This document shows positions 21,432 through 30,672 of a stretch of 64,000 bases of DNA, piece after piece. The notes beneath the pieces were generated by a model. The model made no database searches, was not told the DNA's origin, and was given only the letters and a program-made list of their open reading frames with translations. The DNA lies in the NCBI GenBank assembly GCA_963714015.1, contig OY970223.1, positions 3,136,001-3,200,000 on the forward strand, read 5' to 3'. The translations under genes were made by a program, and so were the position numbers. Source of the DNA: Vulcanimicrobiota bacterium. GTDB taxonomy: Bacteria; Vulcanimicrobiota; Vulcanimicrobiia; Vulcanimicrobiales; Vulcanimicrobiaceae. How positions within the stretch are numbered: the first letter of the stretch is position 1; the number at the start of each line of letters is the position of its first letter.

Positions 21432-22600
21432 ACCGCCACCGCCACGCGATTCGGACCTTCGAGTTTGGCGCGCGCGCATGCCGCTTGCGCCATCTGGAGA
21501 ACTTCCTGAGCGCCCGTGGCGGCCGTGGTAATCTCAGCCACTCCGATATCCGACTGCACGTGCAGTCGTTCTATGGCTGCGAGGAATTCATCGGCCGCGC
21601 GCCGCGCTTGTTCCAGATTGCAATGACGCAGCAGCACAGCCAGCTCTTGCGGGCCCGTTCGCGCCATGACGTCCGCCGATCGGAGCCGGTGACCGAGCAC
21701 TTCGGAGAGCTTCGAGATATCCGAGAAACCGGCGAATTCGATCGCGAGCAAACCGTGCGGACGATCGTTCATCCGCGCGTCGTGTATCGCGTAGTCGAGG
21801 GCCCGCGTCAAATAACGAGCGTTGTGCAGGCCGGTGATGTCGTCGCGCGCGGTTTCGAGCGACTGCAGTTCCTCCTGCTCGTGGCGTGCGGTCGTATCGC
21901 GATACATCACGATTGTGTGCGTTACCGACCCGTCCGGCCCCCGAAGTGGCCGCGCGTTCAGCTCGACCCAGAAGATCGAGCCGTCGTGCCGGTAATACGC
22001 CACCTCGTGGCGGCTCGGTATGCCTTGAGCCAGAAGTGCGCGCCGGCGGTTCGACTCTTCAACGTTGGTGCGCGGCCCTTCCAGAAAGCGCGACGTATGT
22101 CCGATGACATCGGAACGCTCGTATCCCGTCGTCTTCAGGAACGTCTCATTGACGTAAGCGATGCGCCATTCACGCAGCGGCGTCCACTCGAACATGGCCA
22201 CCATGTCACTGGCCTGATCGACCGCCGCGGACAGCATTCGCATGCGCGCTTCGGCCTGCGTGCGCTGCGTTACGTCGGTGGCGATGCCGCAAACGGCATA
22301 GAGTTCTCCCGTCTTGTCCACCAGCGGAAACTTGACGACCACGACCGCGTGATAACCATCGTGGTAGCCGTACCGTTCTTCGGAGACGTAAGGCGAACGC
22401 GTCTCGAGCACTTTGCGATCGGCTTCCCGGTATGCGTCCGCGGTCTCTTTCGGGAAAAGATCGTAATCAGTCTTTCCCAGATAGGTGGTCCTGGAGACCG
22501 CGTGCGCCAGCTCGTAACCGCGGTTGATGAAGATGTAACGGCCGTCAACGTCCTTCGCGAAGATTACGGTTTCGGTGCTGTCGACGAGATCGTCAAGCAT
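21428..22600 (-). CDS. PAS-PAS protein with degenerate GGDEF domain
   Basis: Two PAS/PAC domains, DDITGLHN, RSADVMARTGPQEL in place of RxxDxxxRxGGDEF. Start uncertain (22600-22702). Confidence 0.8.
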   Translation of the reverse strand: MLDDLVDSTETVIFAKDVDGRYIFINRGYELAHAVSRTTYLGKTDYDLFPKETADAYREADRKVLETRSPYVSEERYGYHDGYHAVVVVKFPLVDKTGELYAVCGIATDVTQRTQAEARMRMLSAAVDQASDMVAMFEWTPLREWRIAYVNETFLKTTGYERSDVIGHTSRFLEGPRTNVEESNRRRALLAQGIPSRHEVAYYRHDGSIFWVELNARPLRGPDGSVTHTIVMYRDTTARHEQEELQSLETARDDITGLHNARYLTRALDYAIHDARMNDRPHGLLAIEFAGFSDISKLSEVLGHRLRSADVMARTGPQELAVLLRHCNLEQARRAADEFLAAIERLHVQSDIGVAEITTAATGAQEVLQMAQAACARAKLEGPNRVAVAV

Positions 22601-22673
22601 GCCGGCCCCTTTCGCCACCGGCCCGAGCGTCCCATGGTAAGTACTCTCCTGCACTCCCGCGAATGTACGTCGG

Positions 22674-23594
22674 ATGGCGGCGGATTCACGGACGATTCGC
22701 ATCGGCGTCGATCTGGGCGGGACGAAAATTGAAATCGTCGCTTTGGACCCTGCCTTGCGTGAACTCGTACGGCGACGCGTGGCCACGCCGGCTGGTGACT
22801 ATGCCGCGATCGTTCGCGTCATCGCCGAATTAGTCGAAGGTGTCGAACGCGAACTCGGGCCGTGCCTGAGCGTCGGAATCGGAACGCCCGGGAGCATCTC
22901 TCCCCGCACGGGCCTTATTCGCAATGCCAACAGCACGGCCCTGATCGGCAAACCGTTCCAAACCGACTTGGAGCGCGCACTTGCACGTTCCGTTCGAATG
23001 AGCAACGATGCAAACTGCTTCGCGCTCTCGGAAGCAACCGACGGTGCGGCGCGCGACTCGGCCGCCGTCTTCGCAGTGATTTTGGGCACGGGCGTGGGCG
23101 GCGGTGCAGCGGTGCACGGTCGAATCGTCGAAGGCGTGAATGCGATCGCCGGCGAGTGGGGGCACAATTCGCTTCCCTGGCCGGACGCAAGCGAATTGCC
23201 GGGACCCGCGTGCTACTGCGGCAAACGCGGATGCATTGAGACCTTTCTGAGCGGCCCGGCTTTGACGCGTCAATTCGCTGACCGCGCCGGGGAGAGCATT
23301 CGACCCACCGAGATTGCGCTACGGGCCCGAGAAGGCGATCGTCGTGCGAATGATTGCATGAACGCGTACGTCAACCGCTTGGCGCGCGGCCTTGCGCACG
23401 TCGTGAACGTCCTAGATCCGGATACGATCGTGCTCGGCGGCGGGGTGTCCAACATCGCCGCATTGTACGCCGATTTGCCGAGCGCAATGCAGCCATGGGT
23501 CTTTTCGGACACATTGCTCACTCGAATCGTGCCCGCGGCTCACGGCGATTCCAGCGGAGTCCGCGGTGCAGCGTTGCTTTGGCAACATTCGTGA
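22674..23594 (+). CDS. ROK-family sugar kinase (Mak/fructokinase-like)
   Basis: GVDLGGTK, NDANCFALSE, GTGVGGG, GEWGH, CYCGKRGCIE. Confidence 0.9.
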   Translation: MAADSRTIRIGVDLGGTKIEIVALDPALRELVRRRVATPAGDYAAIVRVIAELVEGVERELGPCLSVGIGTPGSISPRTGLIRNANSTALIGKPFQTDLERALARSVRMSNDANCFALSEATDGAARDSAAVFAVILGTGVGGGAAVHGRIVEGVNAIAGEWGHNSLPWPDASELPGPACYCGKRGCIETFLSGPALTRQFADRAGESIRPTEIALRAREGDRRANDCMNAYVNRLARGLAHVVNVLDPDTIVLGGGVSNIAALYADLPSAMQPWVFSDTLLTRIVPAAHGDSSGVRGAALLWQHS

Positions 23595-23623
23595 CGACCG
23601 CGGTAATGGGTAAAATCGCTTCA

Positions 23624-23866
23624 ATGGAAACCGAAACCAGAACGTTCACGAACGTAAGCCGCGCCCAGGTCGACAAATTGAGAGAATCGATCGCCGCCTT
23701 TGTGCCGCTTGGGCAAGGCGACACCGGCGCGATCGAGAGCCACGGCTTCAAGGGCAGTTTCGCTTACGACGAGCCGGCGCAGACGCTGACGCTCAGCATT
23801 TCGCAGAAGCCGATGTTCGTCCCGGCGGCTATGGTGTGGCAAACGATCGAGAGAGCACTTCAATAA
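23624..23866 (+). CDS. Small hypothetical protein
   Basis: 80-aa globular-looking ORF; TAAAAT 7 nt before the ATG; hairpin downstream. Confidence 0.6.
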   Translation: METETRTFTNVSRAQVDKLRESIAAFVPLGQGDTGAIESHGFKGSFAYDEPAQTLTLSISQKPMFVPAAMVWQTIERALQ

Positions 23867-23867
23867 A

Positions 23868-23893
23868 GAAGGCGTCGCGGTTGCGGCGCCTTC
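23868..23893. terminator. Hairpin between convergent genes (possible bidirectional terminator)
   Basis: GAAGGCGTCGC-GGTT-GCGGCGCCTTC. Confidence 0.5.
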
Positions 23894-23933
23894 ATCATTG
23901 CCTGCGCGAAGCGCAGTTGAGCCCGTCGAAGGG

Positions 23934-24086
23934 TTACTCGCCCGCTCCTAATTCGGAACGGCTTTCTTCCATGCTCTCGTCCTCGCTTATCTCACCCGTC
24001 TCCGCGCGGGAACGCGTTTGGGTGGCGCGATCGAGCTCCTTGTCGCGGGTGTCCGTGTCATCCTGCATGTTGTTGCGCTCGTCCAT
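23934..24086 (-). CDS. Small acidic hydrophilic protein (50 aa)
   Basis: GAGG RBS; D/E-rich ORF MDERNNMQDD... Confidence 0.55.
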   Translation of the reverse strand: MDERNNMQDDTDTRDKELDRATQTRSRAETGEISEDESMEESRSELGAGE

Positions 24087-24152
24087 CGTTATTACCTCGA
24101 CCCGCAGTGTTCCCAAAGCGGCGGGCGCGGTAAACCTCCCGCCAAGCCGGCG

Positions 24153-24659
24153 CTATCCGAGCTTTTCCAACGCTTCGAAGATCTGCTCTTCGTCGGGCTG
24201 TTCCCCGATGTTGTGCACGTCGATGTACCTGATGATGCCGGACTTGTCGACGACGAACACCGCCCTCTCAGAGCGTCCCGACTTTTCGTCGAAAACGCCG
24301 TAGAGACTTGCGACGTTGCCGTGGGGCCAAAAATCGCAAAGAAGCGGATAGGTGATGCCTCCGATTGATTCGGCCCACGCGCGATTTGCATGTTTCGTAT
24401 CGATTGAGATGCCCACAACTTGAGCATCGAGCCCTTTAAAGCGCTCGAGATTTTTCTCGAGGCCGGGCATTTGGCTGCTTCAAACCGGGGTGAACGCGAA
24501 GGGATAGAACACGATGACCGCATTGTTCTTGCCCTTCTGATCCGATAGCCGCCAGCGGGTTCCTAAATGACTTTCGAGCTCGAAATCGGGCGCCGGAGCG
24601 CCGACCTCCAATGTCGTCGTGCGATTGGCCGTGGAGGTGCGGCCCTTGCTTACTGCCAT
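24153..24659 (-). CDS. AhpE-like peroxiredoxin, probable selenoprotein (in-frame TGA at 24480-24482)
   Basis: VGAPAPDFEL..VFYPFAFTPV-TGA-SSQMPG..GISID..YPLLCDFWPHG..ERAVFVVDK, all in one frame; the TGA occupies the Cys of PxxxTxxC. Confidence 0.82.
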
Positions 24660-24669
24660 GGGGCGCATT

Positions 24670-26367
24670 TCAATGCGCGCGTACGGATACCCCGCGGAGT
24701 CTGGGAGGCGCCTCGTGCTGGAACATATCCAGAACGATCGCCTCGTTCGTCCCGCCACGCAGCCAGCAGCCGGGCACGTACAAGGAGCGCTGCGGTCCAA
24801 TGTTCCAGAATCGGCCGGCATTGCGGCCGTTAATCCACAGTACGCCTTTGCCGAGAGTCGACGTGGCGACGAACGTGTCGCCGGCTTCGTCGACATTGAA
24901 GTCGCCGCGATAGAAACACGGTGCCGTTCCGGGCTCTCGCGCGAACGCAGATGACTGCGGCGGGTCGCCGGATATCGGGAAGATTTGCCAGCCGCGTAAT
25001 TCTCGATTATCCAGGAGCACTCGGCCGGTGATCCCCTTGCGTTCCGAGGCGATGGAACGGCCGTAGTTGATGCGCCCGCAATTCTCGACCAGAATGTCTA
25101 GACGCGTCTGCGGCGACCCCGTTGCGACGCGCACGGGTGAAGTCCCCAGTCGGCGATCGAATCTTGCGACGACCGCGCCGTCCATCGATACGACCGCATA
25201 ATCGCGCACATTCTCGATTTGCAGCAGCGCGTCCAGCGGCCCGTCGACAACAGTGCTGTAGAGCACAAAGCCGTAACCTTGTCCGATTTCTTCCATCGCG
25301 AGCGGATATTCGCTCCAAACGGGAGCGCCGGCGCACGCGCTTAAGGAGGCGGTGAAATCGAGCGTAAATTCCGGAATATCGACTGCAGGACCGGTCGACG
25401 GAATGGGCGGCGCTTCCTCCCCCGTCACGCTTGCGATCGCATTGCGAAAGAGTTGATATTTTGCCGTAGGACGTCCCGCTTCGTCGAGCGCCGCTTCGTA
25501 GTCGTAGCTCGTTATCGTCGGTTGATACGGCGCAGTATCCGAATCGTTCGCGCCGTTCCAAAAACCGAAATTCGTGCCGCCGTGAAACATGTAGACGTTG
25601 ACAGACGCGCCTTGACGCAGCATCCATTCCAGATCGCGAGCCTGTTGTGCCGCCTCGAGCGGCTCGCGTGATTCTCCCCAATGATCGAACCATCCGGCCC
25701 AGTATTCTCCGACCAAGTAAGCGGCATTGGGCCGCACCTCGCGCACCCGCTCAAAGATGTGCTGCGGATCTCCGGGCGCGAACGTGACGGCAATCGGCAC
25801 GTCACTCAGCGATCCGGCCGCGAGGTCGCCGGGCTGATCGATCGTGAAGAACGCTTCGCTTGCAAGTCCCGCATCGACGAGCGCCGAACGCAAAGCGGAC
25901 AAGTACGTTTTATCACAGCCGTACGCGCCGTACTCGTTCTCGATTTGTACGGCGACGATGGGACCGCCGGCGCGCGCCATTAGCGGTGCAAGCTCTGCTG
26001 CAAGCCGCGCAAGCCAGCGGCGCACCGGAGTCATGTAGGCCTCATTCGCCGTTCGAATCGTACGCGCGGCGTCGCCTCGCAGCAGCCAGTACGGCAGCCC
26101 GCCGAAATCCCACTCCGCGCAAACGTACGGTCCAGGTCGAAGAATTACGGATAAGCCTTCTTCTTGCGCCGTCCGTACGTACGCTGCCACGTCTTTGTCG
26201 CCGCTGAAATCATAAAATCCCGGTTCGGTTTCATGCAGGTTCCAAAACACGTACGTCGATGTCGCATTTAACCCCATCGCACGGGCCATTCGCAAGCGGT
26301 CGCGCCAGTAGGCGCGGGGAATGCGCGGATAGTGCATCTCACCTGAAATGATTTGCGCGCAGTTCAT
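24670..26367 (-). CDS. Beta-galactosidase, glycoside hydrolase family 35
   Basis: SGEMHYPR, YVFWNLHE, RPGPYVCAEW, QIENEYG, EYWAGWFDHWG, YMFHGGTNFG. Confidence 0.93.
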   Translation of the reverse strand: MNCAQIISGEMHYPRIPRAYWRDRLRMARAMGLNATSTYVFWNLHETEPGFYDFSGDKDVAAYVRTAQEEGLSVILRPGPYVCAEWDFGGLPYWLLRGDAARTIRTANEAYMTPVRRWLARLAAELAPLMARAGGPIVAVQIENEYGAYGCDKTYLSALRSALVDAGLASEAFFTIDQPGDLAAGSLSDVPIAVTFAPGDPQHIFERVREVRPNAAYLVGEYWAGWFDHWGESREPLEAAQQARDLEWMLRQGASVNVYMFHGGTNFGFWNGANDSDTAPYQPTITSYDYEAALDEAGRPTAKYQLFRNAIASVTGEEAPPIPSTGPAVDIPEFTLDFTASLSACAGAPVWSEYPLAMEEIGQGYGFVLYSTVVDGPLDALLQIENVRDYAVVSMDGAVVARFDRRLGTSPVRVATGSPQTRLDILVENCGRINYGRSIASERKGITGRVLLDNRELRGWQIFPISGDPPQSSAFAREPGTAPCFYRGDFNVDEAGDTFVATSTLGKGVLWINGRNAGRFWNIGPQRSLYVPGCWLRGGTNEAIVLDMFQHEAPPRLRGVSVRAH

Positions 26368-27368
26368 ACGCTGCGCAAACGGCCTGCGGCGTCCTCCGGC
26401 ATAACGTCGCGCTGCGGCTGCGCAAGCAGTTCATAGCCGACCATGAATTTGCGCACCGACGCCGATCGCAGCAGCGGCGGGTAATAGTGCGCGTGCATAT
26501 GCCAGTGCGAATGTGCCGCTCCGTTGGCCGGCTGTTGATGAAAGCCCATAGAATAAGGGAAGGGCGTGTCGAACAGCCGGTCGTAACGGCTGGTCAACTG
26601 CTGCATGACCGCTGCAAGCGAGTCTCGCCCCCGATCGTCAAGCGCGTCCAGACTCCCCGCGTGAGCATGCGGTATTACGAGCGCCTCGAACGGCCAAACA
26701 GCCCAGTACGGCACGACTGCAGTCGTGCGTTCGTCCGAATAGATCACGCGATCCTTTGCATCGATCTCACGGTGCAGATAGGCGCACAAGAGGCATTCAC
26801 CGTGCTCCAAGACGTAGCTGCGCAGATGCGCGTCCTCTTTATCGAGTTCGACCGGAATGGTTTCGTTGGCCCATATCTGGCCATGCGGATGGGGATTGCT
26901 CGCTCCCATCATGGCGCCGCGATTCTCGAAAATCGTCACGGCACGGATTGAAGGGTCGCGAACGAACTCTTCGTACTGCTCGGCCGCCGCGTCAAGCACG
27001 GCGCGAACTTGCGAAAGCGGGAGCTCCGCCACATCCAAATCGTGACGCGGAGAGAAACAGATCACGCGGCATGCACCGGCTTCGCTGCGCCGGACGAGCA
27101 AATCTCCGGCGTTTTCCGCGCTATCGGGAACCTGCGGGGTCAATGCGGCAAAGTCGTTGCCGAAGACGAACACACCCTCGTACTGCGGATTTCGATGCCC
27201 CTGCGCGCGCACGTTCCCGGGACACAGATAGCACGCCGGATCGTATTTTTCGCGTTTGGCTGTTTGGAGCGATTCCGTCTCACCTTGCCACGGCCGCGCC
27301 AGACGCTGCGGCGAAACCAAAACCCACTCGCCCGTAAGCGGGTTGAGCCGGCGATGAGGAAACTGCAT
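26364..27368 (-). CDS. galT: Galactose-1-phosphate uridylyltransferase
   Basis: HRRLNPLTGEWVLVSP, CYLCPGN, ENRGAMMGASNPHPHGQ. Confidence 0.95.
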   Translation of the reverse strand: MQFPHRRLNPLTGEWVLVSPQRLARPWQGETESLQTAKREKYDPACYLCPGNVRAQGHRNPQYEGVFVFGNDFAALTPQVPDSAENAGDLLVRRSEAGACRVICFSPRHDLDVAELPLSQVRAVLDAAAEQYEEFVRDPSIRAVTIFENRGAMMGASNPHPHGQIWANETIPVELDKEDAHLRSYVLEHGECLLCAYLHREIDAKDRVIYSDERTTAVVPYWAVWPFEALVIPHAHAGSLDALDDRGRDSLAAVMQQLTSRYDRLFDTPFPYSMGFHQQPANGAAHSHWHMHAHYYPPLLRSASVRKFMVGYELLAQPQRDVMPEDAAGRLRSV

Positions 27369-27407
27369 GAAAGATACTCTTGCGGCCGGAGGCGTAACTC
27401 CCTGCGA

Positions 27408-28451
27408 TTACTTTCCGACCGGAATATAGTAGTGATCCGTTATGCGGACTGCCGGACCATCAGCTGCCACGTAAAAGACGTCGAAATACTCGCCGCGCCG
27501 GCCCTTGATGTCGGCCTCCACTGTCGTCTTACCGGCTTGCTCCGGTTTCACCACCACGATGTGCGCCGTCGATCTGCGCGAGATTATCGGCACTTCCGAG
27601 AGGTTCACGAGCGCCGCGTCGGGAGGCAGACCCAAATGCTGCAGCGCCGAGCGCGTATCACCCGCGATGACCGCGTCCAAATATGACTGGACCTCTAAAC
27701 GCGCGCGCTGCTGAAAGCGCGACTGCTTGGAGAAGAGCCCATAGTTGCGCCGATCGAATTTCCAAACGCCTGCAAGCGACCCTGGACGCACCGAGCGCGT
27801 CCACGAGCGACCCACATTTGACCTACGCCGGTGTGGCGAGGCAACGGCTACGCGAGCGCGTGGATGCACGCGCGCAATCCGGCGACGAACTTGCACCTTC
27901 GAACGATTCGCCATCGCACGGCGGCGCGTTCTGCGAGCCGGCTGAGCAGCCGGGGGATGCGGGAGCGGAACCATCGCGGCCGGAGCGGTCTTCACGTCGG
28001 AGAGTCCCTCCAATACGCCCCGCTGATGCACGTATTGCGCAGCAAGAGGAATCAGCGCCACCGCCAGCGCCAGAATCGTCAACGCAGCAGCACTGAAGCC
28101 GGGACGTTTGGGTCTTCCCGGCTGCAACTCAGCCGGCGCGAGCGGACGCAGGATCTGTTCGATCGCGTCGTCACCGAGCGCTTCCAGCGCGCGCGGATTC
28201 TGTCGGAAGAACGCGGTGATCCGCCGCGCGAGCAGTCCGTCGTTCCCGTTTTCGATCGATTTCTGTCCACCGTACAATTCGAACTGCGCGCGATCGAGCG
28301 GGTTCATCTCCTGCATGCCGCGCAAAGCCAACGCATGCAGCTCCTCCTCCGGCAGCAAATCGATATACGTTTCCACCGAATCGGCGAGCGCCGATGGGTC
28401 GACCGCGGCAAGGGCCTGACGGACCCAGCGCCGTCCTCTATGTAAGAACAT
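27408..28451 (-). CDS. Hypothetical single-pass membrane protein with Arg-rich linker
   Basis: Long ORF with a central TM segment and a C-terminal globular domain. Confidence 0.6.
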   Translation of the reverse strand: MFLHRGRRWVRQALAAVDPSALADSVETYIDLLPEEELHALALRGMQEMNPLDRAQFELYGGQKSIENGNDGLLARRITAFFRQNPRALEALGDDAIEQILRPLAPAELQPGRPKRPGFSAAALTILALAVALIPLAAQYVHQRGVLEGLSDVKTAPAAMVPLPHPPAAQPARRTRRRAMANRSKVQVRRRIARVHPRARVAVASPHRRRSNVGRSWTRSVRPGSLAGVWKFDRRNYGLFSKQSRFQQRARLEVQSYLDAVIAGDTRSALQHLGLPPDAALVNLSEVPIISRRSTAHIVVVKPEQAGKTTVEADIKGRRGEYFDVFYVAADGPAVRITDHYYIPVGK

Positions 28452-28519
28452 ATAACCTTATTGACGAGAAAAGCGGCATTTGAGCTTCTGCCCAAATGCC
28501 GCCGGACTGCATTAGTTCC

Positions 28520-28861
28520 TTAGGGCCGTCGCGTTGTGTCGTAAGTCTCCACGGTCGTTGCGCGGCGCCCGCCCATGCCGAACAAGCCGAGAAGTCCCAC
28601 TAGGCCGATTAATCCCCACCAACCGGTACCGCCCCCTCCGCCGGAGGTGGTCGTAGTCGTGGTCGTCGATGCTCCGGCAACCGGACTGGCAGCCGGCGTC
28701 GCGTTTGCGGCGCTGTTCGAACCGGCGGCGGGGCTGGCGCCGGCAGCGGGGCTTCCAGCCGGACTCGGCGCGGCGCTCTGAGCGAACGACACAGCGGGCA
28801 TCAGTGCCAAAGCCGCAGTCAACGTTGCGCATGCAAAGGTCTTGCCGATCACAGTTTTCAT
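28520..28861 (-). CDS. WGxxGxxG-CTERM domain protein
   Basis: Signal peptide, A/S/P/T low-complexity body, WWGLIGLVGLLGL TM plus basic tail; GAGGAG RBS. Confidence 0.85.
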   Translation of the reverse strand: MKTVIGKTFACATLTAALALMPAVSFAQSAAPSPAGSPAAGASPAAGSNSAANATPAASPVAGASTTTTTTTSGGGGGTGWWGLIGLVGLLGLFGMGGRRATTVETYDTTRRP

Positions 28862-28961
28862 TAATCGCTACTCCTCTTAGGTATCTACGTTTGCTCTTAC
28901 CCGCTCTTGCCGGACAAACCGCGCGACGGGAGGCTGCTTGCTTGTTGCGTAAGAATGCTGA

Positions 28962-29972
28962 ATGAGTCGCGGCCCCATCGTCCTGGACGACATTCGGAAA
29001 GATCCCGCGCGCGTGCTCGCTTCGACCAAGAGCGCATCGCTGCTGGATCTCGACGACGGCGTATTATGCCTGGAGTTTCACTCGAAGGGCAACACGCTTG
29101 ACGGCGATACGCTCAGCGTCGCGGAGTACGCATTCGCGAACATTCCCGGACGTTACCAAGGGATGGTCGTGGGGAATCAAGGGCGGCAGTTTTCGTTCGG
29201 CGCGAACCTGCGCTGGCTGCTCTCCGTTTTGGATCGGCTCGAGGGGGACACGTCGGGCTTCAGGACGATCGCCAAGCGCTTTCAGCGGGTTACCACGGGG
29301 ATGCGAACCGCGCCGTTTCCTGTAGTCTCGGCGCCTTTCGACCTCACAGTGGGCGGTGCGCTGGAACTCACGATGTACGCGGATGCCGCGAACGCTCACG
29401 TACGCATGCGCGCAAGCCTTCCCGAAGTAGCTGTGGGCATTCTTCCCGATTTGGGTGGAACGAGCGAACTTTACGCTCGCTGTATCGACGAAGCCGGCGC
29501 GGGAAACGAGGCGGCTGCTCTTACGAAAGCCTTTCAGACGATCGTTTTCGCTCGCTGGTCGACGGACGCGCAGTCGGCGCGCGAATTGGGTTTTCTGCGC
29601 GATGGAGATACTATCTCAACCGAGATCGCGACGCTGCTGGATGACGCCAAAGCCCGTGTTTCGGCGCTCGCCGCAAATTATCGAACACCGGCGCATCGTA
29701 CCGCGATCCCGGTGCTCGGGGATGACGGCTATGCCATGCTGGACCAGGGAATAGAAGCCGCGCGTTCAGGCGGAGCGGCCACCGAATACGACGCTCACAT
29801 CGCAAGAGCAATCGCGCGCGTCATGACCGGCGGCCCGGGACCGGGACGCACGGTAAATCACGAAGTACTGCTTGACTTGGAGACGTATTGGTTCGAGACG
29901 CTCGTTTTCGATCCGCGCACCCTTGCGCGGATGGAGCACATGCTCGAACACGGTACACCGTTGCGGAATTGA
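28962..29972 (+). CDS. Enoyl-CoA hydratase/isomerase family protein (like the C-terminal half of FadN)
   Basis: ASLLDLDDGVLCLEFHSKGN, FSFGANL, GGALE, PEVAVG, RMEHML..G.PLRN. Confidence 0.8.
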   Translation: MSRGPIVLDDIRKDPARVLASTKSASLLDLDDGVLCLEFHSKGNTLDGDTLSVAEYAFANIPGRYQGMVVGNQGRQFSFGANLRWLLSVLDRLEGDTSGFRTIAKRFQRVTTGMRTAPFPVVSAPFDLTVGGALELTMYADAANAHVRMRASLPEVAVGILPDLGGTSELYARCIDEAGAGNEAAALTKAFQTIVFARWSTDAQSARELGFLRDGDTISTEIATLLDDAKARVSALAANYRTPAHRTAIPVLGDDGYAMLDQGIEAARSGGAATEYDAHIARAIARVMTGGPGPGRTVNHEVLLDLETYWFETLVFDPRTLARMEHMLEHGTPLRN

Positions 29973-30053
29973 GAGTTACCGGCCGCTAACAAATCGGCGG
30001 TTCCGCCGCTCATCATGACGCCGTCCCAGGTGCGGCGCCCGTAAAAAGTGGGA

Positions 30054-30672
30054 ATGAAAGCAAACGTGAAGATCGCATGCTTGCTGCTCGCACTGACCAC
30101 GCTGAATGCCGCTCCGGCGGATAAGTATTTCGGGCGATTGAAAATGAGCGCGCTGCGGATCCGCTACGAAATCGCTCAGCTCAAGAACGACTATGAGTTC
30201 CACCGCCGCGGTCCGCAAGACGTGGAGCACTTGGCGATTTTTGCCGAGGAGTCGTATTACGATTGGGCCGCCGCTTATCCAAAGGACGGATGGCTGGCAT
30301 CGACCGGCTACAATCTGGCGAAAGCTCTTTGAAGATCTGCCGGGTGAAGATGCGCGCGACCGGGCGTTTCGCGCATTGCAGTTTGTGCGCGGCCATTTCA
30401 AAAATACGCGTTACTCGAAACTCAGCGTGGCCGATTTGAACCGCGGCCTTCCCGTACGGCCTCAACCTTCGTGGGCGGCAACTGCGGCATCGCCGGGGCT
30501 CTCGCCGTCCCCATCGCCCTCCGCGTCACCGTCAGCCTCACCGTCGCCGTCCATGAGAGAGCCGGGTGCGCTTCAGTGGATGAGCGAGCGAATACCCCTG
30601 CTGCGCAGGTACGCTGCATCATGCGAGCGGCTTGACAGTACGATCTGCGGACGCAAGCCTGCGTCGACGTGA
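30054..30672 (+). CDS. Secreted hypothetical protein (frameshift near 30325; Ser/Pro-rich tail, 3' end uncertain)
   Basis: Signal peptide and APADKYFGRLKMS in ORF 30048, continuing in ORF 30193. Confidence 0.55.

Noticed and set aside
30500..30552. Short tandem repeats (CCGTCx units), similar to those at 28660-28770 and 41590-41770
   Set aside because: They encode Ser/Pro/Thr/Gly linkers; not CRISPR or mobile-element repeats.
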